Below are positions 47,189 to 60,947 of a DNA stretch of 64,000 nt, piece after piece. This DNA is from Psilocybe cubensis (lineage: Eukaryota): NCBI GenBank assembly GCA_017499595.2, contig CM038998.1, positions 4,154,001 through 4,218,000 on the forward strand. Reading direction: 5' to 3'. The stretch's first letter is position 1. Each line of letters opens with the position of its first letter. The notes beneath the pieces were generated by a model, which made no database searches, was not told the origin of the DNA, and worked only from the letters and a program-made list of their open reading frames with translations. The position numbers and the translations under genes were made by a program.

Positions 47189-50123
47189 TCATTTTTCTTC
47201 CTTTTTATTTCAGCATCATTTATTTATTTTACAACTATCTTTCCACCATATATGTCAATCGCCCGACTTTAGATTTTCATATTGTCATAATGTTTTTTCC
47301 TTCTGGTTGTGTATGGGATGCGCACACTGTTTTTGTTCTTCTCATGTCTGCTTGCCTTTTCTTTGGTCACTTTTCTAACTGGAACTCCTTTTTCCATTTC
47401 TATTGCTCTCAAAACACCTACTTCACCTACTGCCTACTGCCCAATCCAATCGCATGCACACAAATTCTCATTCTGCTTCGTGAATGATATCCGCAAAAAT
47501 CCAATAATTATGTCCGCGATATGCAACACGTTTTGCAGCGGGATCGTGAGCAAAAATGTACGTCTTAACTCCTTTTTGCCGCCGATTTTGTTTCCGCCCC
47601 CGTTCTAGAATCCCGGGTTTTCTGTTTCCCCTCTCCGACCTCGATCCTCCTTACAAGCATCCCATCAGCCATATCTGCCTCCGCCAATGTGCTATCGCTG
47701 ATGTTTCTTTTTCCTTTTTTGAACAGATACGGTCCATTATGCTTTGAATGAAGATCCTGCCATGCAATCCTGATTTCTATGTTCATGCCTTTGGTGCGTA
47801 GTGCCCCTATAGGTCACTCATGCGCTCCCCATAGCAATTATTGACTGACCATACCGTTAGTTTGTCTCAAAGCCCCTTTCGGGCATCACACCTTACGCAG
47901 ACTCACATTCATTTATTGCTAATATACTGCCAGAACTCCTAATGTGAGGAATGGAAGTGACAGAAGCTATTCCTAATCTCAGTCATTAACCATGCATACC
48001 ATCTCCCACCTTTACTTACATCTTGTCGCTTCAATGCCAATGCCAACGCCAACGCCAACGCCATTGTCAGAGTAACCTGAGGCCGGACTCACACCTGAGC
48101 CGGGGTTCATCTCCGGGTCTCGTCATCGACTGCGGGTTCACCAAGACATTTTCAGTTCATCTCTTCAGCAATCAAACTCTGCCCTGTCTTGCTCGTGTGC
48201 TACAATACCCGGTTCATATACCCTCTTTCTCTGTAGGCTTATCCTCGATTCGTGGACACGAACTTTTAATAATCCTCTCAAGCGTCCAGCTCTACACTAA
48301 GAATTACAGGGATGACCGAAACCGTTTGCTGGAGTGAGCTGGAGTGGTGGCCCATTTACTTTGTACCTTAACCGGCGTGGATTGGCACGATAGGCTTGGG
48401 GATGGATGGGTTGAAGTGGGTTGCAACCGGTTTCAGTGTGGTTGGATTGGTTCTTTTTAAGCTCTTTTTCTCGTCAACACACTCCATTCTTTGGTCAACA
48501 ATCCTCAGGTCGAACCTATTCACTCGGCCAGTTGCAGGATTCCCCAAGGATGGATCGTCGCCTTAGATTCGCTAACCTGGTGTCCTCTGGTTCTCCGGGG
48601 TCATGTCATCAACCCCGTCGACGAGCCCAATCACGAGATTTTACAGATGTTGGTGGATTGATTGTACTTTCAAGATTTCCGGAGACCAAGCCTTAGTTCA
48701 TCTTGGAAACCGTTGATACACGATTGCGACTTCCTGTTGGGAATGAAAGGATAATAAACGCCTTGTCTCTCTTTGGACCTGGTGACGAGTCGTTCAGCGT
48801 TGTCGACCCGGACAATGCCGTTGGATCAGTCTTCATTGGATTGAGTCGTTTGCGACTTAAGCGTTATTCGTTTGTGCGTGTCCTCAAGTTGGTGTCTGGG
48901 ACCTCATTTGCTGCTGCTTCTTTCTTTTATTACCCAGTCTTCTTCTCTCATCTGACCTGATGTATGTAATGGTTCGTGTTCTTCGCAATCCCTCTTGGTT
49001 CTTCCCTTTGCCACTCATACCCCACTGCCTTGCTTAATTTATACACCATTCATCCCCGGCTACTTTTCTTTATTTTCCATGCATGTTGACATAGAATAGG
49101 GTCCGTCGGGCACATTCAATTACTATTTCTTCAAATTTCGCCCAAGTTAACCTATTGACTACAATTCCCCGTTTCTCAATATTGAACATGTGTGTTATCA
49201 TGTAGCCTATCCCACCCCTGTTTTCGAAGCGTCTACTTCCCTCTCAAGGATATAATCTCTTCTTGCCTCGAACAATCATACCACGGGTCGCCCAAACTTC
49301 TATCTGTCTGATGGAACTGGTTGATTGGCCGTTTTCGCTGGCTGCATGGCTATTTTTCGGTGATGATACTTGTCGAGATTCCGAAAGAATCTGACAATCA
49401 CACATCCTTCTGTTGGTCACTAACCTGTGTAGACAGGGTAGAGATACCCAAAATTGTACTAAATCGAGCTCGACACGATCTACTCTCCGGTCCTGGATTC
49501 TGGAGCTCCATCGTTTTGGATCACTCTCCAAGCTAGTGAATACGGTTGAGGTTCGGAAGATAAAAATGGCTGGTTTTCTAGGGGTTTCTTGAAATTCGAA
49601 AAATAGATTGTTCAATGAAATGTGCTATTTTAATTGTTAGTATGAATTGGGGGGGTTATCATTCAATAACAGTGTCCACAACGATGGAAAGTTGTAAGGC
49701 AGCGGGTATACGCATTGTCTACAAATCTAGATGCCTCCTCATAATTGGTAGAAAGTTGATAAGTTTCAGTATCGTCTTTTATTGTGCCAATGCTGCATTG
49801 TGGAGATTTCGCTTTCAACCGACTTCCCACAATCTGGCTCATCCCTGGCGGTATGCTATGGTTCCAGCGCTTATCTGTAATGGCACCACCTCCAAGGATC
49901 ACACAATGATATAAGCACATCGTGGTTTGGTGGTAAAATGTGTCTTGATCGAGCATGCACAAATAGTAGGCCGAAATGCCGAATGTGGGACCAGGCGCTT
50001 TTCAAGCTTCCAGTTTTTTTTGACGTTACTTCGTCCTTGACGTTTCCAAAAACTGATATCCAGTGCGAAAAGTCTCAACCTGACTCTTAACATTCTCCAA
50101 AGTCGTTAACTATTTCTCAAGTC

Positions 50124-51872
50124 ATGGCGTTTCAAATGACCGTGCTAGGGCAGCAAGTGTTGTTCGAGCCGCCGCCCCATACTTGTGACGAAAATTGCAC
50201 GGACCCATGCACTGCAAATGGCGACGTTGAGGCGACACAAAAGATGATTAGGAATATGATGGCCGAGATGGAACGACGCGTTGCGCAACAACTGGGAATC
50301 CAATTGGGGAATAAGAACCTTTGTGATCCCATATCAAACCTACTACCTTTCGAAATTTCGGCCAGTATATTCGAGCTCTGTCTTCCTCGCTGGAAGCGAA
50401 CCACAGAGCTGAGTCTGTTCGAGGAAGATAATGCGTCTACTTTGTTCACGCTCGGTGCCGTTTGCAAAACGTGGCGTCATATCATTTGGTCAACACCCTC
50501 CTTCTGGTCGCATTTATTGATATTGATCGACCCTTCCACTGTACGTTCTTATACTCCTCTTGTCGAGGAGTGGATCGTTCGGTCAAAAGATGTCCCTTTG
50601 TCGCTGGCGGTGTATTATGGTAAAGGTCCGGATGAACCCACGGGATTTGAAGAATGGTTTCCGCCCTTGAGCAAGATTATCAACGCATCATCAAGTCGTT
50701 GGGAATGCCTCGATCTCTCGATTCCAAAATGCCTCCGTGTTTTCTTCGCTCAGCTCCCTTCAAACCTACGCGAGCTTAAAATCGAGAACACGGGACCCAG
50801 TGGACGTACATTTGAAAATGCCTTTGAATCTCAAACTACGACAGGGCAGTCGAGTTTTTCTGCTCCAACGTATGTCGATATCGACTACTATATTTCTTGG
50901 GAATCGGTTCCCATTCTGTGGAACAACGTCACCAAAGTTAAGATACAAGGCTTGACTGTTGTTGATTGCCTTGAGTTGTTACGGCTAGCGCCAAAGCTCG
51001 AATCGTGTACCTTTCCTAGAGGCAACCCGGACAATGTTGCAGGTCATGTTCCCCTGCCAGTGGTTCATGCCAAGCTGGAAGAACTTCACATAAATGAACC
51101 TGCACCTCTAAATTTTGTGCACGCCCTATGTGACGCACTCACGATTCCTGCACTGGAAAATTTGACCGTTCAACACAATGTATTCGAACGCCTGCCTACC
51201 GACAATTTGCTGGCCTTGATGAAGCGCTCAAGTTGCTCTCTGAAAACCGCGGAAATAGGCTGCCTCTTGCATGAAGACGACATAATTACCTTCCTTCAGG
51301 CAACCCCTTCACTTCGGCATCTGACTTTTGGTGAAAACGCACCTGTTGGGAATTTCAAAGCTAGAAATTTCTTCAAAAAACTCGCCCGGACGGCTCATCT
51401 AGGCGAAAGTGATACCGAAAGCTCCTCATCTCAGGAGATATTCCTTCCTCATCTAGAAAGCCTGGCATATTTTTCAAGCAAGCCAGATGACTGTGAAAGC
51501 ATTTGGGATGTTCTTCCTCGGATTTTTGGTGTTCCGACGGATGATTACGATTATGAAACTGAGGATTTGGATCCTTATCGACGGCCGTTGAAAGATGTGA
51601 AGATTCTTTATGAGCAATATCAAGAAGAGCCAGGACTCGACTCGAGCCTTGACGACGAACCTCCTACTCGAACAGTCCCTCTCCTTTCGAAGCGAACGAT
51701 CCTCAAAATCGATTGTGTTACCAGACTCGGATCTGTAGACCTCCGTATCTTGGCGCATTATAAAGCTCATGATCACTTAGAAGATCTAATAGAAGTCTCA
51801 AATTTAGCGTGCGATTGGGACTGGGATGGGGACTTGGAATACACGTCATCTGAAAGCTCTGATGATGAGTAG
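50124..51872 (+). CDS. F-box-like / LRR-like protein of an expanded agaricomycete family, single exon, 582 aa
   Basis: DPISNLLPFEISASIFELC...LGAVCKTWRHIIWSTPSFWSHL F-box-like motif, followed by LxxL repeats (LRELKI, APKLESCTF, PALENL, TPSLRHL, LPHLESL). Confidence 0.85.
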   Translation: MAFQMTVLGQQVLFEPPPHTCDENCTDPCTANGDVEATQKMIRNMMAEMERRVAQQLGIQLGNKNLCDPISNLLPFEISASIFELCLPRWKRTTELSLFEEDNASTLFTLGAVCKTWRHIIWSTPSFWSHLLILIDPSTVRSYTPLVEEWIVRSKDVPLSLAVYYGKGPDEPTGFEEWFPPLSKIINASSSRWECLDLSIPKCLRVFFAQLPSNLRELKIENTGPSGRTFENAFESQTTTGQSSFSAPTYVDIDYYISWESVPILWNNVTKVKIQGLTVVDCLELLRLAPKLESCTFPRGNPDNVAGHVPLPVVHAKLEELHINEPAPLNFVHALCDALTIPALENLTVQHNVFERLPTDNLLALMKRSSCSLKTAEIGCLLHEDDIITFLQATPSLRHLTFGENAPVGNFKARNFFKKLARTAHLGESDTESSSSQEIFLPHLESLAYFSSKPDDCESIWDVLPRIFGVPTDDYDYETEDLDPYRRPLKDVKILYEQYQEEPGLDSSLDDEPPTRTVPLLSKRTILKIDCVTRLGSVDLRILAHYKAHDHLEDLIEVSNLACDWDWDGDLEYTSSESSDDE

Positions 51873-52416
51873 ATGCGATTACCTAATTTTTTACGATTTT
51901 CTCTCCACATTATAGTTTATTTACATGTAGTGATCCAACCAAAATTGGTTTTCAGGATAATAGGGGGTTTGTCTATATACGGAAATACGATTGCGGACCC
52001 AGTGAACGACTCTGCCGTTGCACTCATCAGGTAGCGCCTGTCTGTGAATTATTTCTTGTCCAATACGTCCATCTCACCTTCACTGCCCATTAAACCAACA
52101 GTACAAGACAGTCGCTCACCTTCATATGCGCCCTTGATCTCGAGTGCTGCACTTTAGGGTACTGGTGGTATTCCCATGCTAAACTTGAAGTCATTATCTT
52201 ATCAGTGTTCTAACATTTACCAGGCCCTTATGATGCATCGCCAGAAGTATCATCAGACCGAAGGTGACGAACAGATGATCACTTGGAGCTGCTCTAGTAG
52301 GATGATGGAAACATGAGGGGCCTCCCTCTTTCCCCCTTTCAACTTTCTTGCTCTTCATTTTTCTTTTCTTCGACACTTTCTTCCCTTTCTTGACTTGGAT
52401 ACAGAGTATTCAACTG

Positions 52417-55400
52417 ATGGCGTTGGCTCAGATGTCTGCTACCAAGAGGGGTGGTCCTGAACAACACCAATCTTGGAGTTTGCGTGAGCACAGCGCACTT
52501 ACACAGTACATTCAAACGGCTTTTTCATATCTTATCTGGACTGACTAAACGGCATGCAGAGCAGATAATAATCAGGATGGGGCGCCTATAATCGGACAAC
52601 AACAGCAGCGGCAGCATCCATCGCATTCCAGCTCCAGAGGGCGCCATCAGCCGCTAGCATTTCCCTGGTCGGCCCACCGACTCAATCTTATCCCTCCAAG
52701 AATTATAAGCAAAACCGGCATCAATGTCCCCACCTCTCCCTCAACCTCACCATTCCCGCGATACGGTCACGCTTTGTCTGCGACGGGATCCCTAGCCGGT
52801 TATCTTTATCTCTTTGGAGGGCTCGTCCACGACTCGGCGCAGAACGACACCTACATATTGAACATCCGCAATAACACCGCGAGCCTCTTTCAAACCACAG
52901 GGCGGATTCCCTGTCCACGATTCGGCCATGTATGTGCTTTAGTAGGAGACGTGTTCGTCGTATGGGGAGGCGATACAAACTCAGACCCTAATTTGGAGCC
53001 GTCGGATGAGCATGATAACCATTTGTATCTTCTCAATCTCAGTGCGTGTTGCGTGGTAATATTCTGCATGGTATTAATGATGCTGAGAATTAATTTCTCT
53101 TAGTTTCACAGGATTGGAACCAAATAAAAGTCTTTGGTCCCGCACCTGTTGGAAGATACGGACATGCTGCGACTACGGTTGGCACCAAATTATTTATATT
53201 TGGTGGGCAGAATGGCGGGCAGTTTCTGAATGATTTATGGGTATTCGACCTCAATTATCGTATGCCTTCATGAACCTCACTACTTGGTACAAATATATTA
53301 ACCTGCTATGTTAGCCCGTTTGGGAGCAATTGGAACCTTCAAGCCTTGAGCGACCCGCCCCAAGGACTGGTCACTCCTGTGTAGCGCACGCAGACACCAT
53401 CATTGTGTAAGGTTCTTCTCTTCAATTCTTATTAGGGGAGGTCAGAGTGGACGATTCGGAGGCGATTCAGCGACACGATTCAGAGACGATTCTGGTCATC
53501 AAAAGCGTGGGAAGACGCTGAATCGCCTCAGAACGTGAATCGCCGAATCGCTGAATCGTCTCTGAATCGAGCAGTATTTACACAGCACAAAATTGTAAAA
53601 TGTGAAACGCGCAAATTGTGGGAGATTATGAAAAGATCTGGGAATGTGCCGAAAATGTGACTGCCGAAAATGTAAAAACGTCGCATTCTACGAGATTTTG
53701 ACAGATTTTGGAAGCCGAGAATGTGACGAAAATTCATTCAAAAGGTCCTGCTCTGGAAAAGAACTTAGTGAATTTTTCAATCAAGGATATCACGTGCTTC
53801 TGCCGCTCGATTTAGCACGGAGCCTGAATCACCAGGTCTTGCGCTGTTCCTTCTCTTTCGCCTTTGTTGCATCCATCACCTACTCGTCCTTGCCACTTAC
53901 TCGCCATGGCTACCTACTCGCCATTGTCACCTACTCACCATTACCACTCTACTCGCCATTATCACCTACTCGCCATTGCCACTAACTTGTCATTGTCACC
54001 TACTCGCCATTACACCTACTCGTGACACGTTATATCTCCCCGCCAATCACTCATCATTTCTTTCGACTCGGCGAGCGAACCGGAGATATGCTGTGATCTC
54101 AAGAAGTAGAAAAAAAATTGGCGGGTAGTAGGCGGGCACTATTAGTATAAGCTGGTGCGTGTTAACTTCAATGAATCTGTATGACCATCGCCTTGCAGAC
54201 CAACCCCTAACCTAACCGACTTTAAAACTATCACAAGCATAAGGTGTGTTAAAGAATCTTACCAAGCAATTTAACACTCATGTATAAAGCAAGGTGCGAT
54301 TTGGACATTCTAACGGCGGGGTGTTTATTGGTTCACGGTCGTGAAGCCTTTAGACAGTACTGCCAATGCGGGCAGTTTGTATACATTGTACTCTTTCTCT
54401 CTAGATTATTACTTGTATATCTCTTCACCACTATAATTTTTTATAAAACCTGTTGTATTCTACTGGACAAAACTGTAGTATTCTGCTGGAAGGGACCCAA
54501 AGGAATGTATACCCCACTACTGCCAGTGGACCCTGACTGGACCCTCGATTTATTTTTACCACAAGTAAAATGTTCGGACCAAAACTACATGCATTCTGAG
54601 TATATTCCGAGTACATTCTGAGCACATTGCCGTCTAAATTGAGGAAAGGTCCTACAATGTCTAAACGTGCACATTTCAAGTACATTCCCGTCATATTGCC
54701 AGGGATTGTGACAATACGACGGGAATATGCCGGTCGTCACATTTTACAATTTTGTGCTGTGTTAATTTATTAATTATTTTCAATTTACCTAATTATATAT
54801 TTGATCTTGACATGATCAAGATTTTTCTCCATCATCGTGAGGGCTGGTGTGATACACAGACTCTTTCTGTGAGGCTCTCACTATGGCCGCCAAAAATTAG
54901 AGCCGTACAACTCGTTCAGCATCGTCAAAATTGCTCAGCAAGACCACGTTACCCAAGAAACCTACCAAAACACAGGCCAAAAAAGCAAAATCTACACGGC
55001 GGGCCAAACAGAAGGAGGCTAGCATCAAAGTAGTAAAATACTCGGCTAATACTACCGTGAATCGCCTACTGAATCGAAGGTGAATCGAAGTTTTGAAATG
55101 GGGAGGTCAGAGTGAATCGCGCTTCGGAAGCAAATTTCTGCGTCAGAATCGGTCTTGAATCCTGACCTGAATCGTTCGCGAATCGCCTCCGAATCGTCCA
55201 CTCTGACCTCCCCTATTATTTTGGCGCCAATATAGCTACTCAAACTATTTCTAATAGCTTTGGTGGGACGGATGGCAAATATTACTATGGGGATACCTGG
55301 TCATTCAATCTGCAGACCAGGAAGTGGACAGAATTGAATTGCTTAGGGCTCATTCCTTCTGCCCGAGAAGGCCATGCTGCTGCTATTGTGGGCGACATTG

Positions 55401-55770
55401 TTTACATCTTTGGTGGGCGAGACACCAATGGCAAGGATTTGAGTGACATGGCTGCTTTCAAACTTTCAAGTGAGTGCAAATGTTGTGTTGGATTTTATTG
55501 AGTTAGTGGACTCTTTCTTAGATCACAGGTGGTATATTTTCCAGCACATGGGCCCTTCGCTTGATGGGCGGTCTGGACATGCCATGGCGTCTAATGGCAC
55601 CAAGGTATATGTTCTTGGGGGAGAATCATTTCCATCTTCCGAATTGGATCCAAACATCATGTATTCACTGGAGACAAGTTGTGTGGATTTGCCAATTTTA
55701 TGCCTGGACAATGTATTAATCACCCTATGTGGGATTTTTGCTCGTAGAAATGATCAGACTTCCGGGTTAG
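52417..55770 (+). CDS. Kelch-repeat protein resembling the N-terminal propeller of Kel1/Tea1; possibly a pseudogene
   Basis: SPFPRYGHAL, YLFGGLV, PRFGHV, VWGGDT, GRYGHAA, IFGGQ, PRTGHSC, FGGTDG, AREGHAA, GRSGHAM, VLGGE. One intron holds 1.8 kb of transposon DNA; there is a phase mismatch at 53259/53315. Start is tentative. Confidence 0.75.
53581..54761. mobile_element. Nested non-autonomous CACTA/CMC-like element with CACAG termini
   Basis: 25-bp perfect TIR CACAGCACAAAATTGTAAAATGTGA (53581-53605 / 54737-54761); 3-bp TSD TTA. Confidence 0.85.
53878..54023 (+). repeat. Minisatellite of about 8 units of 17-18 bp (CCTACTCGCCATTGTCA-like)
   Basis: Directly visible inside the CACAG element. Confidence 0.85.
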
Positions 55771-56113
55771 TAAATGTGCCCTATGGAGACGCTGCCTTTT
55801 TGTTTGTTGACTTGACATGGAGGGAGTTAGGATTATAAAGTACTTAGATAAGATAAGATTAACTTTTACTCGAAAAGGCGGCTTCGCCGCGATTACCTGC
55901 CATTGAAAGACTGTTTACTATTGTGTACCAGATTACATATAATAATGTTACTTCAGAATACCTGCCATGGGCAGGTAACGTAAGGACCAACGCTCAACAA
56001 AGTGCACTTCACTGGTGAACCCTTTTATTTATTTAAAACCTTGCGACCAGCAATTGCGGGTAATCAAACCTGGATCTACCTTTGCGTAACTTACGAATTG
56101 GCCTCGACAGCTC

Positions 56114-59100
56114 ATGTCGGGGTTTCGTTCGTCGTCCCCGTCACGCTCGAAAGCGGAGTCGCTTTCAAATACCAACCACCAAACAGAGAGCACGTTGGCA
56201 GCCAGGAGGCCATCATGGACACCGTCTATCACAGAACCTGAAGACAGTCGTTTCCAATCAAGACGCCGTTCAAAACACTCTGAAGAAAATCTATCAGATT
56301 GGGCCGGCTCTGCATCAGCCCTTTCCAAGTCACGAAGACCGTCCTTTCCTCCTCCCATCACAGAAGGCTACCAACGCGCTAGAAGACCTCGCGTCGAACA
56401 TGAAGAAAGCCCAGAGATTGTCAAGTTCGGTGGAACGAGTCAGCCTGCATCGGAAGGAAAGAGCCTATATTCGAGTTGGGAAATCAATGTAAAGGATTTG
56501 GTGGGCGATGCTGTCGGGAATGTAAGCAGACTTTTACCTACCAGCGCGTCTACTGAGGAGACAGTAGATGAGCATAAGTCCAGCGTCGCGTGATATCGTT
56601 TTGGCTGCGTATGTTCGTTTACTCGCTTTTCGTGAAAGTTCGATTTACAATTTAACAGCCGACGAGGTCTATTCATTATCGACCTCGACTACCCCCTCAG
56701 GATTCCCAGATTTCTTCCTCAGGGCGGAACCTGGGATGTAGCAGATGTACAGTGGAACCCTCATCCGAGTCATGCTCAGTATATTGTGTCGACATCCAGC
56801 GAGAAACTGTGAGTTCAATCTGTTCTCGAACCCATGCTGGAACCCATACCTTGTTAGACTTATTTGGAACCTGCGCCTTGGTGGAAAGACTTCCATTGAA
56901 CACATCCTCAAGTCGCACTATCGAGCTATCACAGACATCAATTGGCATACGACAGAGTGCGACATTGTGGTCAGCACTGGAATAGATTCATGGATCTGGG
57001 CATGGGATCTTAGAGAACCCAATAAGCCGATTTTTGGTTTATCCGCCTTCAAAGGTAAGTTTTCAGCTCCTATATATGTTGAATATATCTATATATCTTT
57101 GGCAGCGGGTGGAACACAAGTCAAATGGAACTACCAAGACGGAAATCTACTAGCGTCGTCCCACTCCAACGAAGTCTTGATTTGGGATAGGCGGAAAGGA
57201 TCTCTTCCAATTACACGGATTCGTGCCCATTCCTCAAAAATATACGGGATTGATTGGTCGCGCACATCTCGAGACCAAATCGTCACCTGCTCCTTGGACA
57301 AATCTATCAAAACTTGGAATATCAATGCGGTCGACGCCGATAACCCTGAACCTGAATCATACATCCGAACAACATACCCGGTCTGGAGAGCGAGGAACTT
57401 GCCGTTTGGAGAGGGGATTCTGAGTTTGCCACAGCGTGGCGAAACGACACTTGAGATGTATGCCAAAAGTGATCCACATGCGCCGGTTGAAGTCTTCGAA
57501 GGACATTCCGATGTTGTGAAGGAATTCGTGTGGAGGAAAGGAGACCAAGGTACGTTTTCATTTCCAGTGGTAATTGGTTGCAACTTATCTCTCTTTCACT
57601 AGACGACTTTCAGCTAATCACATGGTCCAAGGATCGCACCCTGAGGTTCTGGCCGATAGATGGAGAAGCTATGCAGGTAATATCCTCTTCGTTATTCGCT
57701 GACATTATTACCTGACAGATACATTAGAAAGTCGGCCACAACCCACAAGTAGTACGCGGTCGCTCAAAGCTGACCCGATCTGCCATGGAGTACTATGACA
57801 CATTCCGCAACCCGCCAGACACAGAAGCCAAAGAAACATATTCCACCATCTCAGCGCCAATAGGTAATCGAGGCATACTGGCTGAAGTTCGAGCTTTACA
57901 CCCGTCGAAGGGTAGTCATCCGATCAGGCGAGCCTTTGAAAGCAACCTTTCTTCGCGGATTGGCGACGAGCATTCCACTCCAACTACGCGATCTATTGCC
58001 TTTGTTCCTGGTCGTTCAGTTGGTGGTACTATGAGCAAAGGCGGTACTGGAATTAAGAATGCTGCCCAGCTCGATCAGCTGACCTGGCTTGCAAACGTCA
58101 AAGTCGGCAGTAAACGAGGAAGTAGTTCGGGAGGGGGGAGTCATGGTGCCAGTAGACCTCCGTCCAGGCTTCGTTCGGGTTCAAGGCCGCCTTCGGGTCA
58201 TGACAGGAGTATCAGTGAAATTGGAGGACGACAAAGGAGTGGAAGCTTGAGTCGAGCCTTGGATGACCGCAAGGAAGCTGATAACAACCAGTCCTTACAG
58301 GAAGAGTGAGTGTAATTTTCATGGCGCCTAGGACATCAACCAACAACAAACCCTTACTAGGATTACGACCGTGCTTACTAAATTGGCTGCTTCAAAAATC
58401 AAGTTAGAAAAGGTGTGTTTTACCATTTGTCAGCGAAATATTCGTGTTTGATAATTTTTCTGTAATCTAGCACGATCTGACGAAAAAGAGGACGTGTACT
58501 CTTGGCCTGCACGGACCGTGGGGAGAGACATCCTCCGTGTTCATGAGGGTGACGTTCACTTTCCCTCGCGATTATCCTTATTCTACACATCCTCATGGAA
58601 CCCCTGCTGTTGAACTTGAACGCAATCCATTGATATCGATGAGGGCTCGTACCTACATTTTGAAACACCTCCGAAGGATACGAGAAAGAAAACGACCTTG
58701 CTTAGAGGCCTGCCTTCGCTTCCTTTTATTTGCTGATGAAGGTCATACCGATCAGGACTTCGCGGACTCTGAATCGTCTTCAGACGACGATCAACCTTCT
58801 GGGAAAAAACCGAGAGATATCACAGTGTCCCTGTTAAGAAATAACAAAAACCTGGCAGAGCCACGGACATCGCAGGGTGCTTTTGGGCCAAATGGTATGT
58901 CTAGGCATTATCACTTCTCATCCTATCGTTCTTATCATTTCTTTACACAGGCGAGCTCATATGCTTCTTCAGGGCACCGCCTAGAATCGTTCGAAATGTA
59001 CTACGGGATCTCACTGGAGCAGGAAACAAAGCAACAGAAGAGCCTTCGACACCTCAGCCTCAGGATCAGCCGTTGCCACCGCCTGTACCACAGCCACAGC

Positions 59101-60947
59101 AAAAGAAAAGCTACTTCCAGTCTCCAGCCTTGGTTTCCGACGCGGTTCGCCGATTAGGCCTGGCAGCAACTGACCGCACAGTACAGCCAATTGATCCTAA
59201 GCGCCCAGAAGCAGAACTCAATATCCTTCGTGCTATGACCAATCTTTTGACTATGCCACAGCAGCGGCGTCGGGATTCGGATGCAAAACAACCAGAAGAG
59301 GTGCCAAAAAATTACGCACTATTTACTGCCCGCCGCAGTACTGTTTTTCTCACAAGCACCAGAGATTTTACCGGTGCAGATCAAAAGGTCACTTCGGAAT
59401 ATATATTTATGGCGGATTCTTTGGCAGCCGTATGCGATACAAATGCCAATGTGGCCAGGCGGCATGGACGATTCGATCATGAACGAATTTTCAAGACGTT
59501 GGGGACATTGTTCAATCAACCAGATATCGATAAGAAGGCGAAAGAATCGAGCTTTGTCTCAGATTCTCTTGCAGCCTCTGTTATCAAACAACTGTACGTT
59601 CAACTTTTTTCAATTTGGATAGTTGTAGTCTTACTTATAAGATTTTCTAGGTATTCCAATCTCGTAATTGAAAAGGACGTGCAGATGTTAGCAATGATCG
59701 CTATGCTTGTGCTACAAACGGAGCATGGCATAGCTCCTCATCCCACTATCGGGAGAAGAACAGAATCTTTCACCCCTGTTCCTCATGTTAGCATCCCTTC
59801 CCGACTCGGCGGAATGGATTATTTTAGCCTTACGAAAGCCATCAACCCCTCCAGCCCCATCTCACCTGCCTGGCCAAGGCTACCATCTCCAGCAACGGCT
59901 CCACTGGCCCCTTCGGTTTCATCTTCTAACTCCTCTCGTGGGTCTTGGTCCAGTTTATTCAATACAGGGAGTGCTGTGCGACAATTCATGAATGGCATGC
60001 AGGATACTTTTAAGGATGGCCTGACAACCCCAACGGAGACAATGCCAACTACGCCATCTGCCGATTTACCCGGTCATGGTGCTTCTCGATCGGCTGAAAA
60101 GCCCTCGAAAGTCCAGGATCCAGCAGCACAGGATCCAAGGAAAAAAAGGATTAGAAAAGATTCATCCTTCCAGTCTCCTACGCCGGTCTCCAAGTCTTGG
60201 AACGATGGAACGACCAATTCTTCAAAGATAATGTCTTCCTCGTTTTTTTCGGCAGGGCAGAAAAACCTATCCTCAAACTTGTTCATGGCCGACAAGCGCC
60301 GCATTCGATTCGAACCTCTTATTTATGAAGAAACGTACGTTTTCTATTTTTTTTGTGAATAAGTCTCATTTTTCCTGTTGTTGTGATATAGATCCCCTCC
60401 CCTGTTCGAAGCCGACTTGATCGAACGATTCAAGCTAAACGTATACGCGTATTCGGAGCTTCTCTTCAGATGGCAACTATACCATAAGCGTTTGGAATTA
60501 CTGAAAGCGGTCAATCAACGAAATCTAATACCCACAGTCAAGACAGAAATACACAGCATTGGCCTCCACCGCATTTGTATTCGACCTGATTGCAAAATGA
60601 TGATCCCGGACAAAAGCCATACATGCCAATATTGTGGAACATCTTGCTCGATGCCAGCCTGTACAGTATGCAGACTTCCTATTAGAGGTGAGCAAACTCT
60701 TTAAAATTCGTCTCCAATTGCATATGTCTGACACATTCCAGGTCTTTCGAGGACGTGCATAAACTGCTCGCACGCCACGCACATATCTTGCTGGAACTCT
60801 CTGGAAGTAACTGTTCCTATTTGTCCCTCTGGATGTGGCTGCTTCTGCTCTGGATCCGATGGTCCTTTCACTCGACCTTCGACTCGACTCGGCCTCACCC
60901 CTCCCATGCCTACTTTATTAATTGCCGCTGATACACCTTGGCAATAA
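56114..60947 (+). CDS. WDR59: WDR59/SEA3 (Mtc5) subunit of GATOR2/SEACAT: WD40 + RWD-like + C-terminal RING, multi-exon
   Basis: RRGLFIIDL...GTWDVADVQWNPH, HYRAITDINWH, QVKWN, IWDRRKGSLP, YPVWRARNLPFG, GHSDVVKEFVWR, LITWSKD, FPRDYP, and C-terminal CTVCRLPIRGL...CINCSHATHISCW...CPSGCGC; TAA ends at 60947. Confidence 0.9.

Larger units (their letters stand above)
53433..55215. mobile_element. MITE-like TIR element (~0.6 kb of its own sequence) in a kelch-gene intron
   Basis: 36-bp perfect TIR TAGGGGAGGTCAGAGTGGACGATTCGGAGGCGATTC (53433-53468 / 55180-55215); TTAT on both sides; many subterminal GATTC/GAATC motifs. Confidence 0.9.

Noticed and set aside
55961-55979. Hairpin TACCTGCC-ATG-GGCAGGTA upstream of WDR59 (and GGAGTTGA/TCAACTCC at ~41512-41533)
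   Set aside because: Isolated 8-bp stems are expected by chance in 64 kb; no other support.
1415-60947. APC11, cullin, F-box, kelch and WDR59 as a ubiquitin-system gene cluster
   Set aside because: They belong to different complexes and are dispersed among unrelated genes; chance co-location is likely.
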